DNA of 64,000 nt from NCBI RefSeq assembly GCF_009914755.1, contig NC_060931.1, one strand, 5' to 3'. Within the stretch, counting starts at the first letter, position 1. The number at the start of each line of letters is the position of its first letter. Shown in pieces: positions 14,800 through 34,900 of the stretch. The translations under genes were made by a program, and so were the position numbers. Origin of the DNA: the human T2T-CHM13v2.0 reference genome, Homo sapiens. The notes under the pieces were generated by a model. The model was not told the DNA's origin. It was given only the letters and a program-made list of their open reading frames with translations, and did no database searches.

Positions 14800-15210
14800 C
14801 CACTTCCCTGTCCCCAGTGCCTGATTGGACTCATCATACATACTATTGTCCTCTTCCCTGCTCTTTGTTTCCACCATTTTCCTTCCCCACTGGCTTGTGT
14901 TGTCTCCACTAATAATCTTCTTTCTAGAACTTCCTTCTCTAAGCCATATGCTTTTATCTCTCACCAATGTCCTGGATCACTGTCTTGAAAGTGGTTATCT
15001 CCACATGGCCTTTTTGTCTCCAAGTTTTGATAACTAATACTGCCCTTCACCCCTTCAGGCCTAGAGAAGGTAACAATTGCAGGGTACATACAGAATTATC
15101 CCTTTTGGTTTATCTATACACTATCCACAGCTTTTAAATTGCTCTTTTATTATATTCTATTCAAGTTAAACAGCTTAAGTGTATTGTGCATTTTCCCTAG
15201 TACACTGATA
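14800..15210 (+). mobile_element. LTR33-like fragment
   Basis: ccccttcaggcctagagaaggtaaca and the downstream 3' part resemble LTR33. Confidence 0.5.
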
Positions 15211-15599
15211 GGTACCATTTGTACATTCAGGTTTTAGTGTATATTCAAAGAGCGATTTTCCTTTCTTTCCTCCTATGAGATTTTTCACTTATTTCTTGAA
15301 ATTGGCTTAAAGAATACAGCATGTCCAGGTTTTAGGGGAAAAGAGACTCAGCACTAAAAACAACAATACTTTGCTATGCACTAAATTCACAAGAACAATT
15401 TTTCTTTATCTATTTCTGCTTCTTTTTTAATTCCTAGAGAAACCACTTTTTGTCTGATATCTCTTCTTTCTTCAGAAACCTTATTTTTGTTATAGCTCAA
15501 AACAAACCTCTCGGGCTTCTCTTTTGGAGGCAAACCTTCTCTTTGGAGTCACATAAAGACATTGTACTCTTATTTACTTCTCTTCAGTTTTATTTTATT

Positions 15600-15932
15600 T
15601 TATTTTATGAGGAATTAAATGTATAGAGTGAAATATACACATATTAAAGGTATAAACCCATGTGACACACATCTTAATCTGAACACAAAACATTTCTTTC
15701 ACCTCATAAACTTCTCTCATGCCCCTTTCCAGTCAGTATTGCTGCAACATAAGGCAACTGATGATTTGGTTTCTATCACCATAAGTTAGTTCTGCCAGTT
15801 CTTGAACTTCATATAAATGAAACCATAGCACATGTAATCTTTGGGTCTAGCTTCTTTCACTCAGTATAAAGTTTTTGAAATTTGTCTGTTGCTGTGTGTC
15901 TTGATAGTTTGTTCTCTTTTGTTACTGGACAG
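15600..15932 (-). mobile_element. L1ME/L1MB 3' end
   Basis: ttctgccagttcttgaacttcatataaatgaaaccatagca...ttctttcactcag, antisense L1 3' UTR. Confidence 0.7.
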
Positions 15933-16089
15933 TGTTGAGTAAAAGAGTCAAACTCAGTAAAATATTTGAAGAGATTTATTCTGAGCAAAATATGAGTGAC
16001 CATGGCCTGTGACACAGCCCTCCTCAGGAGACCCTGAGAAAATGTTCCCAAGGTGGTTGGGGTTCAGGTTAATTTTATACATTTTAGAG
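15933..16089 (-). mobile_element. MER4-family LTR 3' portion
   Basis: Minus strand ends aataaatctcttcaaatatttt...tttgactctttt...caaca. Interrupted at 16090 by MER57. Confidence 0.75.
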
Positions 16090-17717
<1,628 letters not shown>

Positions 17718-18253
17718 TAAAGAAACAGAATTGTATTAATTTATCAGCTGAGTTAGCATTACAGTGGCTTACGAAGCATTTACCATTGTTTGAGGATGCA
17801 GTGAGGACAACATGAAACACCTGATGAAAAACCTTCACAAAACCTGGTCTCTTTCCAACATCTTAGCTATGTGAGAATAGCTTTTATAACATGACAACTC
17901 TAAAAGTAAAACCATTTTAAAGTTAAAGCTGTCCTTCCAGTTGCTGTTTCAAACTTTATCCCAAGAACTGAGGTGTCGTTCAGTAAAAGGCAACTACAGG
18001 CTTCTCAGCAGTAAGGCTAAGTACTTGTTTTATGTTTTCTGGTGATGAATTTATTTCTTGTCTTTGAGTTTACAGTGACAGCTATAAAAGTGATTGCCAA
18101 TAGTATTAGTATAATTTAATTTCTAATAGAATGTGTTTTCCATGTATGTTTTAGTCAGAGCTATGATATTCTTAATAATACCAGAACCTATTTTGTGCTC
18201 TATGATGATGATATTAGTGATCTGTATTCTCAGCAGTATTTTACAGTGCTTCA

Positions 18254-18920
<667 letters not shown>

Positions 18921-18921
18921 T

Positions 18922-18923
<2 letters not shown>

Positions 18924-18966
<43 letters not shown>

Positions 18967-18978
18967 ATATATATATAT
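18924..18978. repeat. (TG)n(TA)n microsatellite
   Basis: About 19 TG units followed by TA units. Confidence 0.95.
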
Positions 18979-19229
18979 CACATTTTCTTTATCCATTCAT
19001 CCAAGGCTGGCCCCCTAGGTTGCTTTCATATCTTAGCTATTATGGATAATGCTGCAGTGAATATGGTAGTGCAGTTATCTCTTCAATATGCTGATTTCAA
19101 TTCCTTTAGCTATACACCCACAGGTGGGATTGCTGGAACATACAGTAATTCTGTTTTTAATTTCTGATGAATCTCCATGTTATTTTCCTTAATGACTCTA
19201 TTCATTTACGTTGGGAAATGTAATTACTT

Positions 19230-22055
<2,826 letters not shown>

Positions 22056-22419
22056 TTATATCTGTTACTAATAAGGGAAGGAAGACTTTAGGATCAGTTA
22101 GGGGCATACAGAGGACTTCTCGGTGGTGATAGTGCTCTATTTCTTCACCTGGATAAGTATCACACAGATGTTTATTTAATAACTGATGTATCCATATGTT
22201 TGTTTGTGTATTTCACAAAAAGAATGAAATAGAGGAAAGGAAGGTGAATGGAAAGAGATTTCTCCATTCATCAAAATGTTAAAGTCATGTTTTTCCTGAG
22301 GTTCTTCCCCAAGTTCAGTCTGAAATGGTGAAAGCAGCCAAGTGCGGTGGCTCACGCCTATAATCTCAGCAGTTTTGGGAGGTAACAGAGTGAGACTCTG
22401 CCTAAAAAAAAAATAGAGA

Positions 22420-22735
22420 ACAACACAGTGGTTATCAGGTAGAGAGGAAGGGAGGAAATAAGGACATGTGGGTCAGAGATACACAGTAGCAGATATGTAG
22501 GATGAACAATCCTATACATCTATATACAACATGAGGACTATAGGTAATAAAATCGTACCGTATATGGGATTCATGCTAAATAAGATTTTACCTTCCCTTG
22601 TCACACCAAAAAATGTGGGTATCTGTGATAGATATGGTAATTTGCTTTACTATAGTAAACTTTTTACTATGTATATGTATTCTATAACATCATATGAGTA
22701 CCTTAAATATACACAATACAATTTATTTTAAAGAG
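22420..22735 (+). mobile_element. L1MA-type 3' end
   Basis: acagtggttatcagg...acaacatgaggactataggtaataa...ccttaaatatacacaata. Confidence 0.7.
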
Positions 22736-22743
22736 AAAAAAAT

Positions 22744-23024
22744 GGCCAGGTGTGGTAGTTCACGCTGGTAATCCCAAAACTTTGGGAGGCCGAGGCGGGC
22801 GGATCATGAGGTCAGGAGTTTGAGACCAGCCTGGCCAACATGGTGAAACCCCGTCTCCACTAAAAACACACACAAAAAATTAGCCGGGTGTGGTGGCACA
22901 CACCTGCAATCTTAGCTACTCAGGCAGTTGAATTGCTTGAACATAGGAGGCAGATGTTGCAGTGAGATGAGATCTCACCATTGCACTCCAGCCTGGGTGA
23001 CAGGCCAACCCTCCACCTCAAAAA

Positions 23025-23042
<18 letters not shown>
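22744..23042 (+). mobile_element. AluSg
   Basis: Full dimer with a small right-arm deletion and long A tail. Confidence 0.88.
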
Positions 23043-23074
<32 letters not shown>

Positions 23075-23322
23075 TATATATATATAAATATATATATATA
23101 AAAATATATATATAAATATATATATATAAATATATATATAAATATATATATATAAATATATATATAAATATATATATATAAATATATATATATAAATATA
23201 TATATAAATATATATATATAAATATATATATAAATATATATATAAATATATATATAAATATATATATAAATATATATATATAAATATATATATAAATATA
23301 TATATAGAGAGAGAGAGAGACA
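23020..23322. repeat. Pure A/T tract: A-run plus (TA)n punctuated by TAAA (12/14-bp units), then (GA)n
   Basis: No G or C from about 23020 to 23306. Confidence 0.97.
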
Positions 23323-24634
23323 GAAAATTTATGAAAGTATGCACAACAAAATTAACATGTTGACCCTAAAGTGAGCTACTGAGTGACTGGGGTGCGTGAG
23401 AGAAAAGGTTACTTAACATTTTTATACCTGTTGAATTGTATCCTATGTATGCATTATAAATTTAAATGTGCAATAATGCAGATAACTGAAATGTGGGTAT
23501 GCTTTGATTAGGACTTTGCATTTCCCATTTGCTCAAATTCCTTATGATTCTAGATGCATATGAATAGAAATACAAAATGTAAGGAGACACGGGACTTCTG
23601 ATAGCCCTTTCCTCTTTCCACATTTTGTGTCTCTGGCTGTAGTTTGCCATATGAGTCCATATGGCTAATGAGCAAAATATTTTTCAGATGGATACACGAG
23701 ACTAAGCATTGCAAGTTAAAGATATTTCTGAATCTTGGACCTCTTATTTACAGTGAAGCCCCTTCATGCATAGTAAAGCAGAGAGGAATGTAAAAGGTTG
23801 CTGCATCAATAATCAATTTCTGGTGAGCAATAATTATAGGTAATGTAAAATGAGACAATTATTGCTTTTCATCATTTCTTGAAAGAACTCTTACAGCCCA
23901 TGATTTTGAAAAAAAAATCTAAGTTCACTCTTTTCTTTTCTATAACAAAAAGACATTATCCAGTAGAAGTTCAAGAGTAAAATCTGAAGGCAGCTTACCT
24001 GACCTGGCCACATGGTCTTGCCACCTGTTAAATATAACTTTCTAACACTAACTTCTCCAGACCTCAGATCTTCAACTCTCTAAAATGGAAACCTAGTAGT
24101 ATTTGTCTCTAGAACTGCAGCTTAACTGAGCATTTTAGGGAAGGAACAAACATACACACATTATATATATAGTCAGATTATGAACCCAGTGTAGCCCAGA
24201 ATGCAAAAATTTCTCAGTAACAGAGATCCCCAAGAGAAAAATGTGATTTAGCCTATCTCAGTGGCCTTTCATGTGGCAAATGAAAAGTTAAAGTCCATAA
24301 TGAGAAATATATGGGCAGCCAGTGACACCATCCGTTCAATGTTGACTCTCAACACCTCTGACATTCATTCCCTGTTGTACCCCAACGTGCTTATATATCG
24401 GGGTGATATCACCTTTTGATCATAACATACATAAACCTCAAGCCTCAAGAAATATTTATGAACAGCCAGATATTCTGTTTTTCCAGTCAAAACTCAGGTA
24501 GATCACATTTTATGTGACAGGAGAAGGCACAGTCGATGCCCAGTTAACCCTGAGATCATCTCTGCCTGCAGCTTCCTATCATCATAGCAAGCTCTTTCCC
24601 TGCAGTTCACCATCTGTATCTGCCCTTTGCTATA

Positions 24635-26065
<1,431 letters not shown>

Positions 26066-26109
26066 TTCTTAGACCTCTGAAAAGATGCTCAACACCATAT
26101 GTCACTAGG

Positions 26110-29100
26110 AATATTCAGTATTCAACTAGAGGCTTCAATGGGCTCTGAAATATCCCCTCCTGAACGCTATAAAAAGCGTATTTCCAACCGGCTGAATGAA
26201 AACAAAGGTTTACATCTGTAAGATGAATTCACACATCAGAAAGCATTTTCACCAAGAACTTTTCTAGTTTTATGGCAGGATGTTCATTTTTTCAATATTG
26301 GTCTCAATGGGCTCCAAAATGTCACTTTGTACAGTCTACAAAAATTTTTGCCAATGTACTGAATCAAAACAAATGTTTAACACTGTGAGATGAATTTTCA
26401 CATCACCAAATGTTTTTACAGATAGTTTGTATCTAGTTTTTGATCACAAAACTTTGAATTTTTCACTATAAGCCTCAAAGTGCTCTAAATTGTCCCCTCT
26501 TAGCTTCTACTAAAAGAGAGTTTTGAACCTATTGTGTAGAAACAAAAGTTTAACTCTGTGAAATAAATCCCCACATTGCAAAGCTATTTCACAGATAGCT
26601 TGCTTCTAGTTTTTATCATGAATTATTCGGCTTTTCACTATAGGCCTCAATGGGCTCCGAAATGTCCTTTCATACCTTCTACAAAAAGAATGTTTCCAAC
26701 TTAGCTGAATCAAAAGAAAGTTTAAACTGTATGTGATGAAACCGCAAATTGCAAAGCATTTTCACATATAGCTTCCATAGTTTCTATCATATAATATTCA
26801 ATTTTTCACTGTAGGCCTCCGTGGGCTATGAAATGTCCCCTCATAGGTTCTACAAAAAGGTCTTTCCAACATGCTGAATGAAAACAAAGATTTAACTTTG
26901 TGAGATGAACCCACACATCACAAAGCATTTTTATAGATAGATTTTCTTTAGTTTTTATTGCGGAATATTCGATTTCATGCTATAGGCCTCAATTTGCTCC
27001 AAAATTTCCCTTTGTAGATTCTACAAAAAGAATATTTCCAACCTGCTGAATCAAAACAAATGTTCAATTCTGTGAGATGATATGCAAAGCTTTTCCACAG
27101 ATATCCTGTTTCTAGTTTTTATCCTGGGGTATTTAGTTTTTCACTATAAGCATCAGTGGGCTCTGAAATGTCCCTTTGTAGATTCTACAAAAAGAGTGTT
27201 TCCAACCTGTTGAATCAAAACAAAGTTTTAACTTTGTGAGGTGAACCCACACATCACAAAGCATTTTCACCCATAGCTTGTTTCTAATTTTTACCATGGG
27301 TTATTGGCTTTTCACTAAATGCCTCAATGGACTGTGAATTGTTGCCTTGTAGATTGTACAACCAAAGAGTTTCCAACCTGCTGAAGCAAAACACAGGTTT
27401 AACTTTGTAAGATGAACCTGCACATTGCAAAGCATTTTTACAGATAAGTTGCTTTGAGTTTTTATCAAGAGATATTTGATTTTTCATTGTATCCTTCAAT
27501 GGGTTATGAAATCTCCCCTTGGAGATTCTACAAAAAAAAGCTTCCAAACTGATGAATCAAAAGAAAAGTTCAATTTTTGAGATGAAATCACACATCACAA
27601 AGTATTTTCAGAAATAGCTTCTTTATAGTATTTATTGCAGGATATTAGATTTTCCAATATTAGCCTCAACGAGCTCTGAAATGTCCCTTTGTAGATTGTA
27701 CAAAATGGTGTTTCCAACCTATGGAATAAAAAGGAAGGTTTAACTCTGTGAGATAAATCCATGCATCACAAAGCATCTTCACACATGACTTGTTTCTAAT
27801 TTTTATTGTGGGATATTTGGTTTTTCACTAAAGGCCTCAAGCGCTCTGAAATGTCCCTTTGTAGATTCTATAACAAGAGTGTTTTAAAACTGCTGAATCA
27901 AAACAAACGTGTAACTCTTTGAGAGAAATCCACACATCACAAAGCATATTTTCAGATCACTTGTTTCTAGTTTTTAAAGCATGATATTCAGTTTTTCACT
28001 GTATGCCCCATCGGGCTCAGAAATGTCTCATAGTAGATTTTACAAAAATAGTGTTTCCTACCTGCTGAATCAAAACAACAGTTTAAATCTGTGAGATGAC
28101 TCCAAACCTCACAAAGCATTTTCACAGATAGTTTTTTCCTAGTTTTTATCGCAGGATATTCAGTTTTTCAGTATAGGCCTCAATGAACTCTGAAATGTCC
28201 ATTCATAGGTTCTATAAAAGTGTGTTCCCAACTTCCTGTATAAAAGCAAAGGTTTAACTCTGTGAAATGAATCTGCACATTGGAAAGCACACAAATATCT
28301 TGTTTCTAGCTTTTATGATGAGACATTTGATTTTTTACTATTGGCCTCAATGTGCTCAGAAATGTCTCTTTGCAGATTCTACAAAAAAAAGTTTTTCATT
28401 TTTCTGAACAAAAATAAAGGTTTAACTCTTTGATATGAAATAACACATCACAAAGAATTTTCACAGATAGCTTGTTTCTAGGGTTCATCACTGGATATTG
28501 AGTTTTTCACTATAGGCTTCAATGGAGTCTTAATTGTAACTCAATTCTACAAAAAGAGTGTCCCCCAACCTGCCGTATGTAAATAAAGGTTTACCTCTGT
28601 GAGATAAATCTTCACATTGCAAAGCATTTTCCCCGATAGCTTGTTTCTAGTTTTTATCTCGGGATATTGATTTTTCACTATAGGCCTCAATGGGCTTTGA
28701 AAGATTCCTCTGTAGATTCTACGAAAAGAGTGTTTTAACCTGCTGAATCAAAACAACGTTTAACTTTTTGAGATAAATCCACACATTACAAAGTATTTTC
28801 ACAGACCTCTTTTTTTTGTTGTTTTTTATTTGTTTTTTTTTTGTTTTAGATGGAGTCTCACTCAGTCGCCCAGGCTGGAGTGCAGTGGCGCGATCTCAGC
28901 TTCCCGGGTTCATGCCATTCTCCTGCCTCAGCCTCCCAAGTAGCTGGGACTACAGGCGCCCGCCACAAGGCCAGGCTAATTTTTTGTGTTTTTAGTAGAG
29001 ACGGGGTTTCACTGTGTTATCCAGGATAGTCTCGATCTCCTGACCTCGTGATCCACCCGCCTCAGCCTCCCAAAGTGCTGGGACTACAGGCGTGAGCCCC

Positions 29101-32100
29101 CGCACCTGGCCAATAGCTTTTTTTACTTTTATTGTGGGATATTGGTTTTTCACTACAGGCTGATATTGGCTTCAAATTATACCCTTATAGATTCTACAAA
29201 CAGTGAGTTTTCAAGCATCTGAAGCAAAATAAAGGTTTAATTTTGTAAGATGAATCTACACATTATTGCTGGATATTCGGTTTTTCACTGTAGGCATCAA
29301 TTTGCTCTGAAATGTCCTATTGAAGATTTTACCAAAAGAGTGTTTCCATCCTGCTGAATCAAAAGAATGGTTTAATTCTGTGAGATGAAATCACCCATCA
29401 TAAATCATTTTCAGAGACAGCTTCATATAGTTTTTATCTCAGAATATTCAGTTTTTCACTATAAGCCTCAATGGGCTTTGAAATGCCTCCTCATAAATTG
29501 TACAAAAAAAAAGGAGTTTCCAACCTGTTGAATCAACACAAATATTTAATGTTGTGAGATAAATTGAAATATCACAAAGCATTTTCACAGATATTTTTTC
29601 TAATTTTTATCACAGAATATTCGGTTTTTCACTATAGTCTTCAGTGGGCTCAGAAATGCCCTTTGTAGATTCTACAAAAAGAATGTTTCTAACCTGCTGA
29701 ATCGAAACAATACTTTAACTCTTTGAGGTGAATCCACACATTGCAAACGTTTTCACAGATAGCTTGTTTCTAGTTTTGATCACGGAATATTGGATATTTT
29801 ACAATAGGCCTCAACGGGCTCAGAATTATCCCCTCTTAGATTCTACTAAAAGAGTGTTTCCAAAATGATGTATAAAAATAAAGGCTTAACACTGTGAGAT
29901 GAATCGACAAATCACAAAGCATTTTCACGAGTAGCTTGTTTTTACTTTTTGTCGTGAGATATTCAGTTTTTCAATATATTCCTCCATGGGCTCTGAAATG
30001 TCCCTTCATAGATTCTATGAAAAGACTGTATCCAACTGACTGAATCAAGACAAAGGTATAACTCTGTGCAATAAATCCACACATAACAAAACATTTTCAC
30101 TGATAGCTTGTTTCTAGTTTTTATCACGGGATAATTGGTTTTTGGCTATAGGCCTCAATGGGCTTCAAAATTGTCCCTTCATAGATTCTACAAAAAGAGT
30201 GCTTCAATCCTGCTCAATCAAAGCAAATGTTTAATTCTCTGAAATGAATCCACACATCACAAATCATTTTCCAATATAGCTTGTTTCTAGTTTTTATTGT
30301 GGGATATTTGATTTTTTACTTTAGACCTCAATGGGCTCTGAAATGTGCCTCCTTAGATTCTACAAAGAGTGTTTCTCACCTGCTAAATCAAAACAGTGGT
30401 TTAACTTTGTGAGATAAGTCCACACATTGCAAAGCATTTTTACCAATAGCTTGTTTCTAATTTTTATCATGGGATATTCAGTTTTTTCAGTGTAGGCCTC
30501 AATGGTCTCTGAAATGTCCCCTTGTAGATTCTACAAATAGAGTTGTTGCAACCTGATAAATCAAACATTTAATTCTGTGAGATAAATCCATAAATCTACA
30601 CATCTCAAAGCATTTTCACAGATAGCTTGTTTCTGGTTTTTATCATGGGATATTTGATTTTTCACTATAGACCTCAATAGGCTCTGAAATGTCCCCTCAT
30701 AGAGTCTACAAAAAGAGTGTTTTCAATCTGCTGAATAAAAACAAAGATTTAACTCTGTGACATAAAATAATAAATCATAAAATATTTTCACAGTTGGCTT
30801 GTTTCTAGTTTTTATCACACAATACTCAGTTTTTCATGACAGGGCACAATGGGCTCCAAAATGTCCCTTTGTACATTCTACAAAAAGAGTGATTTTGGCC
30901 TGCTGAATAAGAAAAAAGGTTTTATACTGTGAGAGGAATCCACACATAGGAAGGAATTTTCACAGATAGCTTGTGTCTAGTTTTCATGGCAGGATGTTCA
31001 GTTTTTTCATATACTTCTTGATGGGCTCTGAAATGTCCCTTCATAGACTCTACAAAGAGAGCATTTACAACCTGCTGAATAAAAACAAAGGTTTAACTCT
31101 GTGATTTGAATCCAGACATTGCAAAGCGTTCTCATATATAGCTTGTTTCTAGTTTTTATCTTGAGATATAACGTTTTTAACTTTAGGCCTTAATGTTCTC
31201 CGAAATGTGCCATTTTAGTTTCTACAAAAAGAATGTTTCAACCTGCTGAATTAAAACAAGGTTTAACTCTGTGATATGAATTGACACATCACAAAGTATT
31301 TTCACAGATAGCTTTTTACTAGTTTTTGTCATGGGATTTTCAGTTTTTCACTAATGGCTTTCATGTGCTCTGAAATGTCCCTATGTAGATTTTACAAAAA
31401 GAGTGTTTCCAACCTACTGAATCAAAACAAGGGTTTAAATCTGTGAGATATATCCATACATTGCAAAGCACTTTCACAGATTGCTAGTTTCTAGCTTTTA
31501 TCATGAGATACTTGGTTTTTCACTATAGACCTCGATAGGCTCCCAAATGACTCTCATAGATTGTACAAAAAGAGGGTTTTCAAAGTGCTGAATCAAAATA
31601 AAGATTTAACTCAGGTGAATCCACACATTGCAAAATACTTTCACAGATAGCTTGGATTTGTTTGTTTGTTTGTTTTGTTTTTATCGTGGATATTTCGTTT
31701 TTCACTATAGGCTTCAATGGGCACCAAAATGTCTTCTTCTAGATTCTACAAACTGACTGTTTCCAACTTGCTTAATCAAAACAAAGGCTTAACTCTGTGA
31801 TATGAATACACACATCCCAAAGGATTTTCACAGATAGCTTGTTTCTAGCTTATATCTCCTCATATTTTGTTTTTCACTGTAGGTTTCAATGGGCTTTGAA
31901 ATGTTTCTTCGTAGATTGTGCAAAAAGAGTTTTTCAAATCTGCCAAATTAAAACGGATGTTTAACTCTTTGAGATGAATCCACACACTGCAAAGCATTTT
32001 CACAGATAGCTTGTTTCTAGTTTTTTATCATGGGATATTCGGTCTTTCACTGTAGTAGTCCTCAACGGACTCTGAAATGGCCCTTAGTAGATTCTACAAA

Positions 32101-34900
32101 AAGAGTGTTTCCAACCTGCTGAATCAATACAAATGTTTAACTCTGTGAAAGGAATCCACACAATGCAAAGCGTTTTCACAGATAGCTTGTTTGTAGTTTT
32201 TATTGCAGGATATACAGTGTTTTAATGTACTTGTCCATGGGCTCCGAAATGTCCCTTCATATATTCTACAAAAATAGTGCTTTCAACCTGCTGAAAAAAT
32301 AACATATGTTTAACTCTGAGAGATGATTCCCCAAATCACAAGAACTTTTCACAGATAGCTTGTTTCTAGTTTTCATTGTGGGATATTTAACTTTTCACTA
32401 TAGGTCTCAATGAGCTTTGTAATGTCCTTTTGTACAATCTGCAAAAAGAGGGTTTCCAGCCTGCTGAATCAAAACAAAGGTTTAACTCTGTGAGATAGAT
32501 CCACACATTGCAAAAAATTTTCACAGATATCTTGTTTCTGCTTTTCATCGTAGGATACTCGCTTTTTCCAAATACTTCTCCAGGGGCTCCATATTGTCCC
32601 TTCGTAGATTCCACAAAAAGAGTGTTTCCAACCAGCTAAATCAAAACAAAGGTTTAAATCTATGAGTTAAATCTACACATTGCAAAGCATTTTCGCAGAT
32701 AGCCTGTTTCTCATTTTTATCACAGGATATTCAGTTTTTCACCATAGGCCTCAATGGGCACTAAAATGTCTTCTCATAGGTTCTAAAAACAGACTGCTTT
32801 CAACCTGCTTAATCAAAAGAAAGCTTTAACTCCATGATATGAATCCACACATTGGAAAGCATTTTCACAGATAGCTTGTTCGTAGTTTTTTTCTCCACAT
32901 ATTTTGTTTTTCACTATAGGCTTCAATAGGCTTTGAAATATTTCTTTGTAGATTCTGCAAAAAGAGTTTTTCCAACCTGCATATTTAAAACACCAGTTTA
33001 ACTCTGTGGCATGAATCCACAATGGCAAAGCATTTTCACAGATAGCTTTTTTCTTTTTTTTTTTTTTTCCTGTGGGATATTTGGTCTTTCACTGTAGGTC
33101 TCAATGGGCTCTGAAATGGCCCTTCATAGATTCTACATAAAGAGTGTTTCCAACCTGCTGAATCAAAATAAATATTTAACTCTGAAAGATGAATCCACAC
33201 ATCACAAAGCATTTTCAGATATAGACTTTTATTGTTTTTATTGTGAAATATTCTGTTTTTTACTATAGGCATCAATGGGTGTGAAATATCCCTTCATGTA
33301 TTCTATAAAATAGTGTTTTCATCCTGCTGAATAAATGCAAAGGTTTAAATCTGTGAGATGCACCCACACATTGCAAAGCATTTTCAAAGACAGCTTGTTT
33401 CTACTTTTATCATGAGATATTTCGTATTTCACTATGGGCCTCAATGGGCTTCAAGCTGTCCCTTTGTAGATTCTACACAAAGAGTGTTTCCAATCTGCTT
33501 AATCAAAAAATGATTAACTCTCTGAGATGAATCCACACATCACAAAGAATTTTTACTGATAGCTTGCTTCTGGATGTTATCGTGGGATAATCTGTTTTTC
33601 ATCAACCTGCTGAATCACAAGAAAGATTTAACTCTGTGAGATGAAATCACACATAGCATATAACTTTCAGACACAGTTTTTTTGTAGTTTTTATCACAGG
33701 ACATTAAGTTTTTCACTACAGGCTTCAATGGGCTTTGAAATGTCCTTGTGTAGATTGTACAAAGAGAGTGTGTTCAACCTGCTGAATGAAAACAATGTTT
33801 AATTCTTTGAGATGAATCCACACATCCCAAAGCATTTTTACAGATAGGTTGTTTCTGTTTTTTATCATGAGATATTAGGGTTTTCACTATAGGTTTCAAT
33901 GGGCTCTGAAATGTTTCTTCGTACATTCTAGAAAAGGAGTGTTTCAATTCTGATTGAATTGAGTGTTCTGATTCTGCCGAATCAGAGGAAAGTTTTAACT
34001 CTGTGAGTTGGATCCACACGTTGCAAAGCTTTTTCACAGATAGCTTGCTTCTAGTTTCTTTCATGGGATATTTGGTTTTTCACTATAGGCCTCAATGGGC
34101 TCCGAAATGTTTTTATGTAGAATCTACAAAAAGAGTGTTTCCAAATTGCTGAATTAAAACAAAGGTTTAAATATGTGACATTATTTCACAGATCACAAAG
34201 CATTTTCACAGATAGCTTGTTTCTAGTTTTTATCGCAGGATATTTGGTTTTAAACTCCAGGCCTCGATGTGCTTCAAAATGTCTCATCTTAGATTCTACA
34301 AAAAAACATGTTTCCAACGTGCTGAATCAAAACAAAAAGTTGGCTCTGTGAGATAATTCCATGCCTCACAAAGCGTTTTGACAGATAGCTTGCATCAAGT
34401 TTTCATCACGGGATATTCCATTTTTCTCTATAGGCATCCGTGGGCTCCAAAATGTCCCTTTGTAGATTCTACAGTGAAAGTGTTTCTAAACTGCTGAATT
34501 AAAACAAAGATTTAGCTTTGTGAGATAAATCCAGACAACACAAAGCATTTCACTGATAGTTTGTTTCTAGTTTTTATCACAGGATAGTCAGTTTCTTACT
34601 ATAGGCCTCAATTTGCTCTGTAATATCCCCTCTTAGATTCCAGAAAAGGAGAGTTTCCAGCCTACTGAATCACAAGAAATGTTTAACTCTGTGAGACAAA
34701 ATCACACATTGGAAAGCATTTTCAGACATAGCTTCTTTGTAGTTTTTAATTGTGGGATATTTGGTGTTTCACTATAGGCCTCAATGGATTTTGAAATTTT
34801 CCTTCATAGAGACACAGAAAAAGTGTCTTTATCCTTCTGAATCAAAACAAAGTTTTAACTGTGAAAAGAAAATCCACACATAGCAAAGCATTTTTACCAT
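26110..34900 (-). repeat. Ancient monomeric alpha satellite, array 1 (~49 monomers of ~171-172 bp)
   Basis: Tandem gtagattctacaaaaagagtgtttccaacctgctgaatcaaaacaaaggtttaactctgtgagatgaatccacacatcacaaagcattttcacagatagc is the reverse complement of the alphoid consensus. Marker spacing 170-172. Highly diverged; no CENP-B box seen. Confidence 0.95.
28810..29111 (-). mobile_element. AluY inserted in alpha satellite, ~16-bp internal deletion
   Basis: AluY diagnostics (gccattctcc, gggactacaggcgcccgcc). gatctcagc|ttcccggg lacks cactgcaagctccgcc. Confidence 0.9.

Noticed and set aside
24472-24503. 11-nt micro-exon (ttccag|TCAAAACTCAG|gtagat)
   Set aside because: Single occurrence with a weak donor; expected by chance.
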